Positions 42,576 through 56,425 of a stretch of 64,000 nucleotides of DNA are shown here, piece by piece. The notes under the pieces were generated by a model. It saw nothing but the letters and a program-made list of their open reading frames with translations. It did not search any database and was not told where the DNA came from. Origin of the DNA: the human T2T-CHM13v2.0 reference genome, Homo sapiens; NCBI RefSeq assembly GCF_009914755.1, contig NC_060933.1. One strand, given 5' to 3'. Within the stretch, counting starts at the first letter, position 1; every line of letters starts with the position of its first letter. The translations under genes and the position numbers were made by a program.

Positions 42576-45500
42576 CATTCCATTCCTTTCCATTCCATTC
42601 CATTCCTTTCCATTCCATTACGGATGATTCCATTCCATTGCATTCCATTCCATTCCATTCCCCTGTACTCGGGTTGATTCCATTCCATTCCATTCCAATC
42701 CATGCCATTCCACTCGTGTTGATTCCATTCTTTCCATTCCATTCAAGTTGAATCCATTCCATTGCATTCCATTCCATTCCATTCCCCTGCAGTCGGGTTG
42801 ATTCCATTCCATTCCATTCCATTCCATTCCATTCCATTCCATTCCGTTCCGTTCCATTCCATTCCATTCCATTCTATTCGGGTTAATTCCATTCCATTCC
42901 ATTCCATTCCATTCCAATCGAGTTGATTCCATTCCATTCCATTCCATTCCATTCCACTGCATTCCAGTCCTTTCCATTCCATTCCACTCGGGTTGATTCC
43001 ATTGTATTCCTTTCCATTCCATTCCATTCCATTGCAATCGAGTTGATTCCATTGCTTTGTATTCCATTCCATTGCATTCCATTCCGGATGATTCCATTCC
43101 ATTGCATTCCATTCCATTCCATTCCCCTGCACTCGCGTTGATTCCATTCCATTCCATACCATTCCATTCCATTCCATTCCATTCCTTTCCGTTCCATTCC
43201 ATTCCATTCCATTCCATTCCATTCCATTCCATTCCCTTTCGTTGCATTCCATACTATTCCGTACCATTCCATTCCATTCCATTCCTTTCCATCCCATTCC
43301 ATTCCACTCGTGTTCATTCCATTCCTTTCCATTCCATTCGATTTGAAGGCATTCCATTCCATTCAATTCCATTCCATTCCATTCCATTCCATTCCATTCC
43401 ATTCCATTCCATTGAATTGAACTTGGGTTGATTCCATTCCATTGCATTCCATTCCATTCCATTCCACTCCATTCCATTGCACTCGGGTTGATTCCATTCC
43501 ATTCCATTCCTTTCCATTCCATTCCATTCCATTCCAGATGATTCCATTGCATTGCATTCCGTTCCATTACATTCCCCTGCACTCGGGTTGATTCCATTCC
43601 ATTCCATTCCATTCCATTCCATTCCATTCCATTCCATTACAATTCGTTCCCTCCATTCTATTCCGTACCATTCCATTCCATTCCATACCATTCCATTCCA
43701 TTCCATTCCATTCCATTTCATTCCATTCCGATCCATTCCGTTCCATTCCATTCGATTGCAATCGAGTTGATTCCATTCCATTCCATTCCATTCCATTCTA
43801 TTCCATTCCATTGCACTCGAGTTGTATCCATTGCATTTCATTCCATTCCATTCCATTCCATTCCGGAAGATTCCATTCCATTGCATTCCATTCCATTCTA
43901 TTACCCTGCACTCGCGTTGATTCCATTCCATTCCATTCCATTCCATTCCACTCCATTCCGTTCCGTTCCATTCCATTCCATTCCATTCTATTCCATTCCG
44001 TTCCGTTCCATTCCATTCCATTCCATTCTATTCAGGTTAATTCCATTCCATTCCATTCGATTGCAATCGAGTTGATTCCATTCCATTCCATTCCTTTCCA
44101 TTCCATTACGGATGATTGCATTCCATTGCATTCCATTCCATTCCATTCCCCTGTACTCGGGTTGATTCCATTCCATTCCATTCCAATCCATGCCATTCCA
44201 CTAGTGTTCATTCCATTCTTTCCATTCCATTCAAGTTGAATCCATTCCATTGCATTCCATTCCATTCGATTCCATTCGATTGCACTCGGGTTGATTCCAT
44301 TCCATTGCATTCCATTCCATTCCATTCCGTTACATTCCATTCCATTACATTCGGATTGATTCTATTCAATTCCCTGACACTCCATTACTTTCCGTTCCAT
44401 TCGGGTAGTTTCCATTCCATTCCATTCCATATCTCTCCATTCCATTGCACTCGGGTTGATTCCATTCCATTGCATTCCACTCCATTCCATTCCATTCCAT
44501 TCCATTCCATTCCATTCCGTTCCATTCCATTCCATTCCATTCCGGAAGATTCCATTCCATTGCATTGCATTCCATTCCATTCCCCTGCACTCGCGTTGAT
44601 TCCAGTCCATTCCATTCCATTCCATTAGATTCCATTCCATTCCATTCCTTTCCGTTCCATTCCATTCCATTCCATTCCATTCCATTCCATTCCATTCCAT
44701 TCCATTCCATTCCATTCCACTCGTGTTGATTCCATTCCTTTCCATTCCATTCGGTTTGAAGGCATTCCATTCCATTCCATTCCATTCCATTCCATTCCAT
44801 TCCATTCCATTCCATTCCATTGTACTCGGGTTGATTCCATTCCATTGCATTCCATTCCATTCCATTCCATTCCATTCCGTTGCATTCCATTCCATTACAT
44901 TCGGATTGATTCTATTCAACTCCCTTACTCTCCATTACATTCCATTCCATTCGGGTTGTTCCATTCCATTCCATTCCATTCCACTCCATTCCATTGCACT
45001 AGGGTTGATTCCATTCCATTCCATTCCATTCCATTCCGGATGATTCCATTCCATTGCATTCCGTTCCATTACATTCCCCTGCACTCGCGTTGATTCCATT
45101 CCATTCCATTCAATTCCATTCCATTATAATTCGTTCCATTCCATTCTATTCCGTAACATTCCATTCCATTCCATACCATTCCATTCCATTCCATTCCATT
45201 CCATTCCGTTCCATTCCGTTCCATTGCATTCCATTCCATTCTATTCGGGTTAATTCCATTCCATTCCATTCCATTCCATTCTATTCCATTCCATTGCAAT
45301 CGAGTTGAATCCATTGCATTTCATTCCATTCCATTCCATTCCATTCCATTCCACTCGAGTTGATTTCATTCCATTCCTTTCCATTCCATTCCATTCCTTT
45401 CCACTCGAGTTGATTCCATTCCATTCCATTCCATTGCATTCCATTCCATGCCATTCCACTCGGGTTGATTCCATTCCATTCCATTCCATTCCATTCCATT

Positions 45501-48500
45501 CCATTCCATTCCATTGCATTCCATTCCATTCCTTTCCCCTACACTCGGGTTGATTCCATTCCATTCCATTCCATTTAATTCCATTCCATTCCATTCCATT
45601 CCATTCCATTCCAATCCCTTCCATTCCATTCCATTCTATTCCATTGCAATCGACTTGATTCCATTCCATTCCATTCCATTACATTCCATTCAATTACATT
45701 CCATTCCATTTTGTTCCAATCCATTCTATTCCGAACCATTCCATTCCATTCAATTCCATTCCATTCCTTTCCATTCCATGGCATTCCACTCGGGTTGATT
45801 CCATTCCTTTCCATTCTATTCGGGTTGAATCCAATCCACTCCATTCCATTCCATTCGAATCCATTCCATTGCACTCGGGTTGATTCCATTCCATTCCATT
45901 CCATTCGATTCCATTCCATTCCATTCCATTCCGTTCAATTCCATTTCATTACATTCAGATTGATTCTATTCAATTCCCTTACACTCCATTATATTCCAAT
46001 CCATTCTGGTTGTTTCCATTCCATTCCATTCCATTTCACTCCATTCCATTGCACTCGGTTTGATTCCATTCCATTCCATTCCGGATGATTCCATTCCATT
46101 GCATTCCATTCCATTCCATTCCCCTGCACTCAGGTTGATTCCATTCCATTCCATTCCACTCCTTTCGGTTCTGTTCCATTCCATTCTATTGCATTCCATT
46201 CTATTCGGGTTAATTCCATTCCATTCTATTCCATTCCATTCCATTCCATTCCATTGCAATGGAGTTGATTCCATTCCATTCCATTCCATTCCGGATGATT
46301 CCATTCCATTGCATTCCATTCCTTTCCATTCCCCTGCACTCGTGTTGATTCCATTACCTTCCATTCCATTCGTTTCTGTTCCATTCCATTGCATTCCATT
46401 CTATTCCGGTTAATTCCATTCAATTCCATTCCATTCCATTCCATTCCATTGTAATCGAGTTGATTCCATTCCAATCCTTTACATTCCATTCCATTGCCTT
46501 GCATTCCAATCGGGTTGATTCCATTCCCTTCTTTCCACTCCATTACATTCCATTCCATTCCACTCGGAATGATTGATTCCATTCCATTCCATTCCATTTC
46601 ATTCCGTTGCAATCCACTCCAATCTATTCCATTCCATTCCATTCCACTCAAGTTGATTTCATTCCATTCCTTTCCATTCCATTCCATTCCTTTCCACTCG
46701 AGTTGATTGCATTCCATTCCATTCCATTGCATTCCATTCCATGCCATTCCACTCGGGTTGATTCCATTCCATTCCATTCCGTTGCATTCCATTCCATTCC
46801 ATTCCTTTCCGTTCCATTCCATTCCATTCCATTCCATTCCATTCCATTCCTTTCCATTCCAGTCTTTTCCATTCCATTCCAGTCGGGTTGATTCCATTCT
46901 ATTAGTTTCCATTCCATTCCATTCCCTTCCATTCTACTCTGGTTGATTCCATTCCTTTCCATTCCACTCGAATACATTCCCTCCTATTCCACTCGGAACG
47001 ATTCCATTCCATTCCATTCCATTCCATTCCATTCCATTCCATTCCATTTCGTTCCATTCCATTCCATTCCATTACAATCGAGTTGATTCCATTCCATTCC
47101 ATTCCATTCCATTCCAGTCCTTTCCATTCCATTCCACTCGGGTTGATTCCATTCTATTAGTTTCCATTCCATTCCATTCTCTTCCATTCTACTCTGGGTG
47201 ATTCCATTCCTTTCCATTCCACTCGAATACATTCCCTCCTATTCTACTCGGAACGATTCCATTCCATTCCATTCCATTCCATTCCATTCCATTCCATTCC
47301 ATTTCGTTCCATTCCATTCTCTTCCGTATCATTCCATTCCATTCCATTCCATTCCCTTCCATTCCATTCCATTACACTCCACTCGTGTTGATTCCATTCC
47401 TTTCCATTCCATTCGGTTTGAAGGCATTCCATTCCATTCCATTCCATTCCATTCCATTCCATTGTACTCGGGTTGATTCCATTCCATTGCATTCCATTCC
47501 ATTCCAATCCGTTGCATTCCATTCCATTACATTCGGATTGATTCTATTCAACTCCCTTACTCTCCATTACATTCCATTCCATTCGGGTTGTTCCATTCCA
47601 TTCCATTCCATTCCACTCCATTCCATTGCACTCGGGTTGATTCAATTCCATTCCATTCCATTCCATTCCATTCCGGATGATTCCGTTCCATTGCATTCGG
47701 TTCCATTACATTGCCCTGCACTCGCGTTGATTCCATTCCATTCCATTCCATTCCATTCCTTTCAATTCCATTCCATTACAATTCGTTCCATTCCATTCTA
47801 TTCCGTACCATTCCATTCCATTCCATACCATTCCATTCCATTCCATTCCATTCCATTCCATTCCATTCCGTTCCGTTCCATTCCGTTCCATTCCATTCCA
47901 TTCCATTCTATTCGGGTTAATTCCATTCCATTCCATTCCAATCTATTCCATTCCATTGCAATCGAGTTGAATCCATTGCATTTCATTCCATTCCATTCCA
48001 TTCCATTCCATTCCATTGCAATCGAGTTGAATCCATTGCATTTCATTCCATTCCATTCCATTCCATTCCATTCCGGAAGATTCCATTCCATTGCATTCCA
48101 TTCCATTCCATTCCCCTGCACTCGCGTTGATTCCATTCCATTCCATTCCATTCCATTCCATTCCATTCCGTTCCGTTCCGTTCCATTTCATTCCATTCCA
48201 TTCCATTCCATTCCGTTCCGTTACATTCCATTACATTCCATTCTATTCGGGTTAATTCCATTCCATTCCATTCGATTGCAATCGAGTTGATTCCATTCCA
48301 TTCCATTCCATTCCGTTCCGGATGATTCCATTCTATTGCATTCCATTCCATTCCATTCCCCTGCAGTCGGGTTGATTCCATTCCATTCCATTCCATTCCA
48401 TTCCATTCCATTCCGTTCCATTCCATTCCATTCCATTCTATTCGGGTTAATTCCATTCCATTCCTTTCCATTCCATTCCATTCCATTCCAATCGAGTTGA

Positions 48501-50833
48501 TTCCATTCCATTCCATTCCATTCCATTCCACTCCATTCCAGTCCTTTCCATTCCATTACACTCGGGTTGATTCCGTTCTATTCCTTTCCATTCCATTCCA
48601 TTCCATTGCAATCTAGTTGATTCCATTGCTTTGCATTCCATTCCATTCCATTCCATTCCGGATGATTCCATTCCATTGCATTCCATTCCATTCCATTCCC
48701 CTGCACTCGGGTTGATTCCATTCCATTCCACTCCATTCCGTTCCATTCTAGTCCATTCCATTGTATTCGGGTTAATTCCATTCCATTCCATTCCATTCCA
48801 TTCCATTACAATATAGTTGATTCCATTCAATTCCATTCCATTCCATTCCATTCCAGTCCTTTCCATTCCATTCCACTTGGGTTGATTCCATTCTATTAGT
48901 TTCCATTCCATTCCATTCCCTTCCATTCCAATCTGGTTGATTCCATTCCTTTCCATTCCACTCGAATACATTCCCTCCTATTCCACTCAGAACGATTCCA
49001 TTCCATTCCATTCCATTCCATTCCATTCCATTCCAGTTCGTTCCATTCCATTCTATTCCGTACCATTCTATTCCATTCCATTCCTTTCCATTCCATTCCA
49101 TTCCACTCGTGGTGATTCCATTCCTTTCCATTCCATTCGGTTTGAAGGCATTCCATTCCATTCAATTCCATTCCATTCCATTCCATTCCATTCCTTTCCA
49201 TTCCATTCCATTGTACTCGAGTTGATTCCATTCCATTGCATTCAATTCCATTCCATTCCATTCCATTGTACTCGAGTTGATTCCATTCCATTGCATTCCA
49301 TTCCATTCCATTCCATTCCATTCCGTTGCATTCCATTCCATTACATTCGGATTGATTCTATTCAACTCCCTTACTCTCCATTACATTCCATTCCATTCGG
49401 GTTGTTCCATTCCATTCCATTCCATTCCACTCCATTCCATTGCACTCGGGTTGATTCCATTCCATTCCACTCCATTCCGTTGCATTCCATTCCATTCCAT
49501 TGTATTCGGGTTAATTCCATTCCATTCCATTCCATTCCATTCCATTCCATTACAATCGAGTTGATTCCATTCCATTCCATTCCATTCCATTCCAGTCCTT
49601 TCCATTCCATTCCACTCGGGTTGATTCCATTCTATTAGTTTCCATTCCATTCCGTTCCCTTCCATTCCAGTCTGGTTGATTCCATTCCTTTCCATTCCAC
49701 TCGAATACATTCCCTCCTATTCCACTCGGAACGATTCCATTCCATTCCATTCCATTCCATTCCATTCCATTCCATTCCATTCCATTCCATTCCATTCCAC
49801 TCGTGTTCATTCCATTCCTTTCCATTCCATTCGGTTTGAAGGCATTCCTTTCCATTCCATTCCATTCCATTCCATTCCATTCCATTGTACTCGGGTTGAT
49901 TCCATTCCATTGCATTCCATCCCATTCCATTCCATTCCAATCCGTTGCATTCCATTCCATTACATTCGGATTGATTCTATTCAACTCCCTTACTCTCCAT
50001 TAAATTCCATTCCATTCGGGTTGTTCCATTCCATTCCATTCCATTCCACTCCATTCCATTGCACTCGGGTTGATTCCATTCCTTTCCATTCCATTCCATT
50101 CCATTCCGGATGATTCCATTCCATTGCATTCCGTTCCATTACATTCCCCTGCACTGGCGTTGATTCCATTCCATTCCATTCCATTCAATTCCATTCCATT
50201 ACAATTCGTTCCATTCCATTCTATTCCGTACCATTCCATTCCATTCCATACCATTCCATTCCATTCCAATCCATTCCATTCCATTTCGTTCCATTCCTTT
50301 CCATTCCATTCCATTCCATTCTATTCGGGTTAATTCCATTCCATTCCATTCCATTCCATTCCATTCCATTCCATTCCAACCTATTCCATTCCATTGCAAT
50401 CGAGTTGAATCCATTGCATTTCATTCCATTCCATTCCATTCCATTCCATTGCAATCGAGTTGAATCCATTGCATTTCATTCCATTCCATTCCATTCCATT
50501 CCATTCCGGAAGATTCCATTCCATTGCATTCCATTCCATTCCATTCCCCTGCACTCGCGTTGATTCCATTCCATTCCATTCCATTCCATTCCGTTCCGTT
50601 CCATTCCATTTCATTCCATTCCATTCCATTCCATTCCGTTCCGTTCCATTCCATTCCATTCCATTCTATTCGGGTTAATTCCATTCCATTCCATTCGATT
50701 GCAATCGAGTTGATTCCATTCCATTCCATTCCATTCCATTCCATTCCATTCCAATCGTGTTGATTGCATTCCATTCCATTCCATTCCATTCCACTCCATT
50801 CCAGTCCTTTCCATTCCATTCCATTCCATTCCA
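42576..50833 (+). repeat. HSat3 domain A, second block (~8.3 kb)
   Basis: A-type cassettes return: TTACGGATGATTCC at ~42618; CAAGTTGAATCC at ~42744 and ~44232; GGAAGATTCC at 43860, 44539, 48070, 50503; CGAATACATTCCCTCC at ~46968, 47223, 48962, 49701. Confidence 0.85.
46870..47300 (+). repeat. Tandem duplication, period ~255 bp
   Basis: The TCTATTAGTTTCC...TTCTACTCTGG...TCGAATACATTCCCTCC block occurs twice (46968 and 47223). Both copies carry the private TTCTACTCTGG variant. Confidence 0.85.
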
Positions 50834-53800
50834 TTGCAATCGAGTTGATTCCATTCCATTCCATTCAATTCCGGATGATTCCATTCCATTGCCTTCAATT
50901 CCATTCCATTCCCCTGCACTCGGTTTGATTCCATTCCATTCCATTCCATTTCATTCCATTCCATTTCGTTCCATTCCATTCTATTCCGTACCATTCCATT
51001 CCATTCCATTCCATACCATACCATTCCATTCCGTTCCATTCCATTCCATTCCATTCCATTCCATTACATTCCATTCCGTTTCGTTCCATTCCATTCTATT
51101 CTGTACCATTCCATTCCATTCCATTCTATTCCATTCCATTCCATTGCATTCCATTCCACTCCATTCCATGCCATTCCACTCGGGTTGATTCCTTTACCTT
51201 CCATTCCATTCGAGTTGAATCCATTCCATTCCATTCCATTCCATTCCATTGCACACGGGTTCATTCCATTCCATTCCATTCCATTCCATTCCATTCCATT
51301 CCATTCTATTAGATTCCATTTCGTTCCATTCCATTCTATTCTGTACCATTCCATTCCATTCAATTCCACTCCTTTCCATGCCATTCCACTCGGGTTTATT
51401 CCATTTCTTTTCATTCCATTCGGGTTGAATCCATTCCATTCCATTCCATTCCATTCCTTTCGATTCCATTACATTGCACTCGGGATGATTCCATTCCATT
51501 CCATTCCATCCTATTCCATTCCATTCCATGACACTCCACTCGGGTTGATTCCATTCCTTTCCATTCCATTCGAGTTGAACCCATTCCATTCCATTCCACT
51601 CCATTCCATTCCATTCCATTCCACTCCATTCCATTCCATTCCATTCCATTCCATTCCGTTCCATTGCACACGATTTCATTCCACTCCATTCCATTCCATT
51701 CCATTCCATTCCATTCCATTTCGCTCCATTCCATTCTATTCCGTACCATTCCATTCCGTTCCATTCCATTCCATTCCATTCCATTCCATTCCATTCCATG
51801 CCATTCTACTCGGGTTGATTCCATTCCTTTCCATTGCATTCGAGTTGAACCCATTCCATTCCATTCCATTCCATTCCATTCCATTCCATTCCATTGCACA
51901 CGGGTTCATTTCATTCCATTCCATTCCATTCCATTCCATTCCATTCCATTCCATTTCGTTCCATTCCATTCTATTCCATACCATTCCATTCCATTCCATT
52001 CCATTAGACTCCATTCCATGCCATTCCACTCGGGTTTATTCCATTCCTTTCCATTCCATTCGGGTTGAATGCATTCCATTTCATTCCATTCCATTCCATT
52101 CCATTCCATTACATTGCACTCGTGTTGTTTCCATTCCATTCCATTCCATTCCATTCCATTCCATTCCATTCCATTCCATTCCATTCCATGCCATTCCACT
52201 CGGGTTGATTCCATTCCATTCCATTCCATTCGAGTCGAACCCATTCCATTCCATTCCATTCCATTCCATTCCATTGCACACGGTTTCATTCCATTCCATT
52301 CCATTCCATTGTATTCCATTTCGTTCCATTCCATTCTATTCCGTACCATTCCATTCCATTCCATTCCATTCCACTCCATTTCATTCCATTCCATGCCATT
52401 CCATTCCCCTGCACTCGGGTTCATTACCTTCCATTCCATTTACTTCCATTCCATTCCATTCCATTCTATTCGGGTTAATTCCACTCCATTCCATTCCATT
52501 CCATTCCATTCCATTCCATTCCATTCCATTCCATTCCATTCCATTCCATTGCAATCGAGTTGATTCCATTCCATTCCATTCAATTCCGGATGATTCCATT
52601 CCATTGCCTTCAATTCCATTCCATTCCCCTGCACTCGGGTTGATTCCATTCCATTCCATTCCATTCCATTCCATTTCATTCCATTCCATTTCGTTCCTTT
52701 CCATTCTATTCCATACCATTCCATTCCATTCCATTCCATTCCATTCCATGCCATACCACTCGGGTTGATTCCATTCCTTTCCATTCCATTCGAGTTCAAT
52801 CCATTCCAATCCATTCCATTCCATTCGATTCCATTCCATTGCACACGGGTTCATTCCATTCCATCCCATTCCATTCTATTCCATTCCATTCCATTTCCTT
52901 CCATTCCATTCTATTCCGTACCATTCCATTCCATTCCATTCCATTCCATTCCACTCCATTCCATGCCATTCCACTCGGGTTTATTCCATTCCTTTCCATT
53001 CCATTCTGGTTGAATCCATTCCATTCCATTCCATTCCATTCGATTCCATTACATTGCACTCGGGTTGATTCCATTCCATTCCATTCCTTTACATTTCATT
53101 CCATTCCACTCCATTCCATGCCATTCCACGCGGGTTTATTCCATTCCTTTCAATTCCATTCGGGTTGAATCCATTCCATTCCATTCCATTCCATTGCATT
53201 CCATTGCATTCCATTGCAATCGAGTTGATTCCATTCCATTCCATTCAATTCCGGATGATTCCATTCCATTGCCTTCAATTCCATTCCATTCCCCTGCACT
53301 CGGGTTGATTCCATTCCATTCCATTCCATTCCATTCCATTCCATTCCATTTCATTCCATTCCATTTCGTTCCATTCCATTCTTTTCCGTTCCATTCCATT
53401 CCATTCCATTCCATTCCATTCCATTCCTTTCCATTCTATTCGGGTTAATTCCATTCCATTCCATTCCATTCCATTCCATTCCATTCCGTTCCATTCAATT
53501 CCATTACATTCGGATTGATTCTTTTTAATTCCCTTACACTCCATTACATTCTATTCCATTCGGGTAGTTTCCATACCATTCCATTCCATTCCACTGCATT
53601 CTATTGCACTCGGGTTGATTGATTCCATTGCATTGCATTCCATTCCATTCCATTCCATTCCGGAGGATTCCATTCCATTGCATTCCATTGCATTCCATTC
53701 CCCTGTACTCGGGTTGATCCCATTCCATTGCATTCCATTCAATTCCATTCCATTCCATTCCATTCCGTTCCGTTCCATTCCATTCCCTTCCATTCTCTTC

Positions 53801-54509
53801 AGGTTAATTCCATTCCATTCCATTCCCTTCCATTCCATTCCATTCCATTCCATTCCATTCCATGCCATTCCACTCGGGTTGATTCCATTCCTTTCCATTC
53901 CATTCGAGTTGAACCCATTCCATTCCATTCCATTCCATTGCATTCCACTCGGGTTGATTCCATTCCTTTCCATTCCATTCGGGTTGAATCCATTCCATTC
54001 CATTCCATTCCTTTCGATTCCAATCCATTTCACTCGGGTTGATCCCATTCCATTGCATTCCATTCCATTCCATTGCATTCCATTCCGTTCCATTCCTTTC
54101 CATTACATTCGTATTGATTCTATTCAATTCCCTTACTCTCCATTACATTCCATTCCTTTCAGGTTGTTTCCATTCCATTCCATTCCATTCCACTCCATTC
54201 CATTTCAATCGGGTGATTCCATTCCATTCCATTGCATTCCATTCCATTCCATTCCATTCCGTATGATTCCATTCCATTGCATTCCATTCCATTCCATTCC
54301 CTTGCACTCGGTTGGATTCCATTCTATTCCATTCCATTCCATTCCATTCCATTCCATTCTATTCGTGTTAATTTCATTCCATTCCATTCCATTCCCTTCC
54401 ATTGCATTCCATTCCATTCCATTCCATTCCATTGAAATCGAGTTGATTCCATTCCATTCCATTCCATTCCATTCCATTCCATTCCATTCCATTCCATTCC
54501 ATTCCATTC

Positions 54510-54930
54510 TATTCGGGTTAATTCCATTCCATTCCATTCCATTCCATTCCCTTCCATTCCATTCTATTCCATTCCATTCCATTCCATTCCATTCTATTAG
54601 GGTTAATTCCATTCCATTCCATTCCATTCCATTCCATCCCATTCCATTCCATTCCATTGCAATCGAGTTGATTCCATTCCATTCCATTCCATTCCATTCC
54701 ATTCAATTCCATTGAAATCGGGTTAATTCCATTCCATTCCATTCCATTCCATTCCCTTCCATTCCATTCTATTCCATTCCATTCCATTCCATTCCATTCC
54801 ATTCTATTAGGGTTAATTCCATTCCATTCCATTCCATTCCATTCCATCCCATTCCATTCCATTCCATTGCAATCGAGTTGATTCCATTCCATTCCATTCC
54901 ATTCCATTCCATTCAATTCCATTGAACTCG
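54510..54930 (+). repeat. Tandem duplication, period 210 bp
   Basis: ATTCTATTAGGGTTAATTCC at 54591 and 54801, each followed by CCATCCC, TGCAATCGAGTTG and ATTCAATTCCATTGAA. Confidence 0.9.
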
Positions 54931-56215
54931 GGTTGATTCCATTCCATTCCATGCCATTCCATTTCATTCCATTCCATTCCATTCCATTCCATTCCATTCC
55001 TTTCCGTTCCATTCCACTACATTCGGATTGATTATATTCAATTCCCTTACACTCCATTACATTCTATTCCATTCGTGTTGTTTCCATTCTATTCCATTCC
55101 ATTCCACTCCATTCCATTGCACTCTGGTTGATTCCATTACATTCCCTTCCATTCCGTATGACTCCATTCCATTTCATTCCATTCCATTGCATTCCCCTGC
55201 ACTGGAGTTGATTACATTCCATTCCATTACCTTCCTTTCCGTTCCATTCCATTCTATTCGGGTTAATTCCATTCCATTCCATTACATTCCATTCCCTTCC
55301 ATTCCATTCCATTCCATTCCATTCCATTCCATTCCATTCGATTCTATCCGGATTAATTCCATTCCATTCCATTCCATTCCATTCCATTCCATTCCATTGC
55401 AATCGAGTTCATTCCATTCCATTCCATTCCGGATGATTCCATTCCATTGCCTTCCATTCCATTCCATTACCATGCACTCGGGTTGTTTCCATTCCATTCC
55501 ATTCCATTCCATTCCATTCCATTCCATTTCGTTCCATTCGATTCTATTCCGTAGCATTCAATTCCATTCCATTCCATGCCATTCCATTCCATTCCAGTCC
55601 ATGCCATTCCACTCGGGTTGATTTCATTCCTTTCCATTCCATTCGAGTTGTATCCTTTCCATTCCATTCCTTTCCATTCGATTCCATTCCATTGCACACG
55701 GGTTCATTCCATTCCATTCCATTCCATTCCATTCCATTCCATTTCGTTCCATTCCATTCTATTCCGTACCATTCCATTCCATTCCATTCCATTCCAGTCC
55801 ATTCCATGCCATTCCACTCGGGTTGATTCCATTCCTTTCCATTCCATTTGGGTTGAATCCATTCCATTCCATTCCATTCCATTCGATTCCATTACATTAC
55901 ACTTGGGTTGATTCCATTCCATTCCATTCCATTCCATTCCATACCATTCCATTCCATTCCATTCCATGCCATTCCACTCGGGTTGATTCCATTCCTTTCC
56001 ATTCCTTTCGAGTTGAACCCATTCCATTCCATTCCATTCCATTCCATTGCACACGGGTTCATTCCATTCCATTCCATTCCATTCCATTTCGTTTTTTTCC
56101 ATTCTATTCCGTACCATTCCATTCCATTCCATTCCATTCCATGCCATTCCACTCGGGTTTATTCCATTCCTTTCCATTCCATTCGGGTTCAATCCATTCC
56201 ATTCCCTTCCATTCC

Positions 56216-56425
56216 ATTCGATTCCATTCCATTGCACTCGGGTTGATTCCATTCCATTCCATGCCATTCCATTTCATTCCATTCCATTCCATTCCATTCC
56301 ATTCTATTCCGTTCCATTCCATTCGATTCCATTCCATTGCACTCGGGTTGATTCCATTCCATTCCATGCCATTCCATTTCATTCCATTCCATTCCATTCC
56401 ATTCCATTCTATTCCGTTCCATTCC
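56216..56425 (+). repeat. Tandem duplication, period 105 bp
   Basis: ATTCGATTCCATTCCATTGCACTCGGGTTG...ATGCCATTCCATTTC...CTATTCCGTTCC starts at 56216 and 56321. Confidence 0.9.

Noticed and set aside
1-50833. CRISPR-like alternation of repeats and spacer-like segments
   Set aside because: The apparent spacers are recurrent mutated pentamers, not unique sequences. There is no constant repeat-spacer length and no cas genes.
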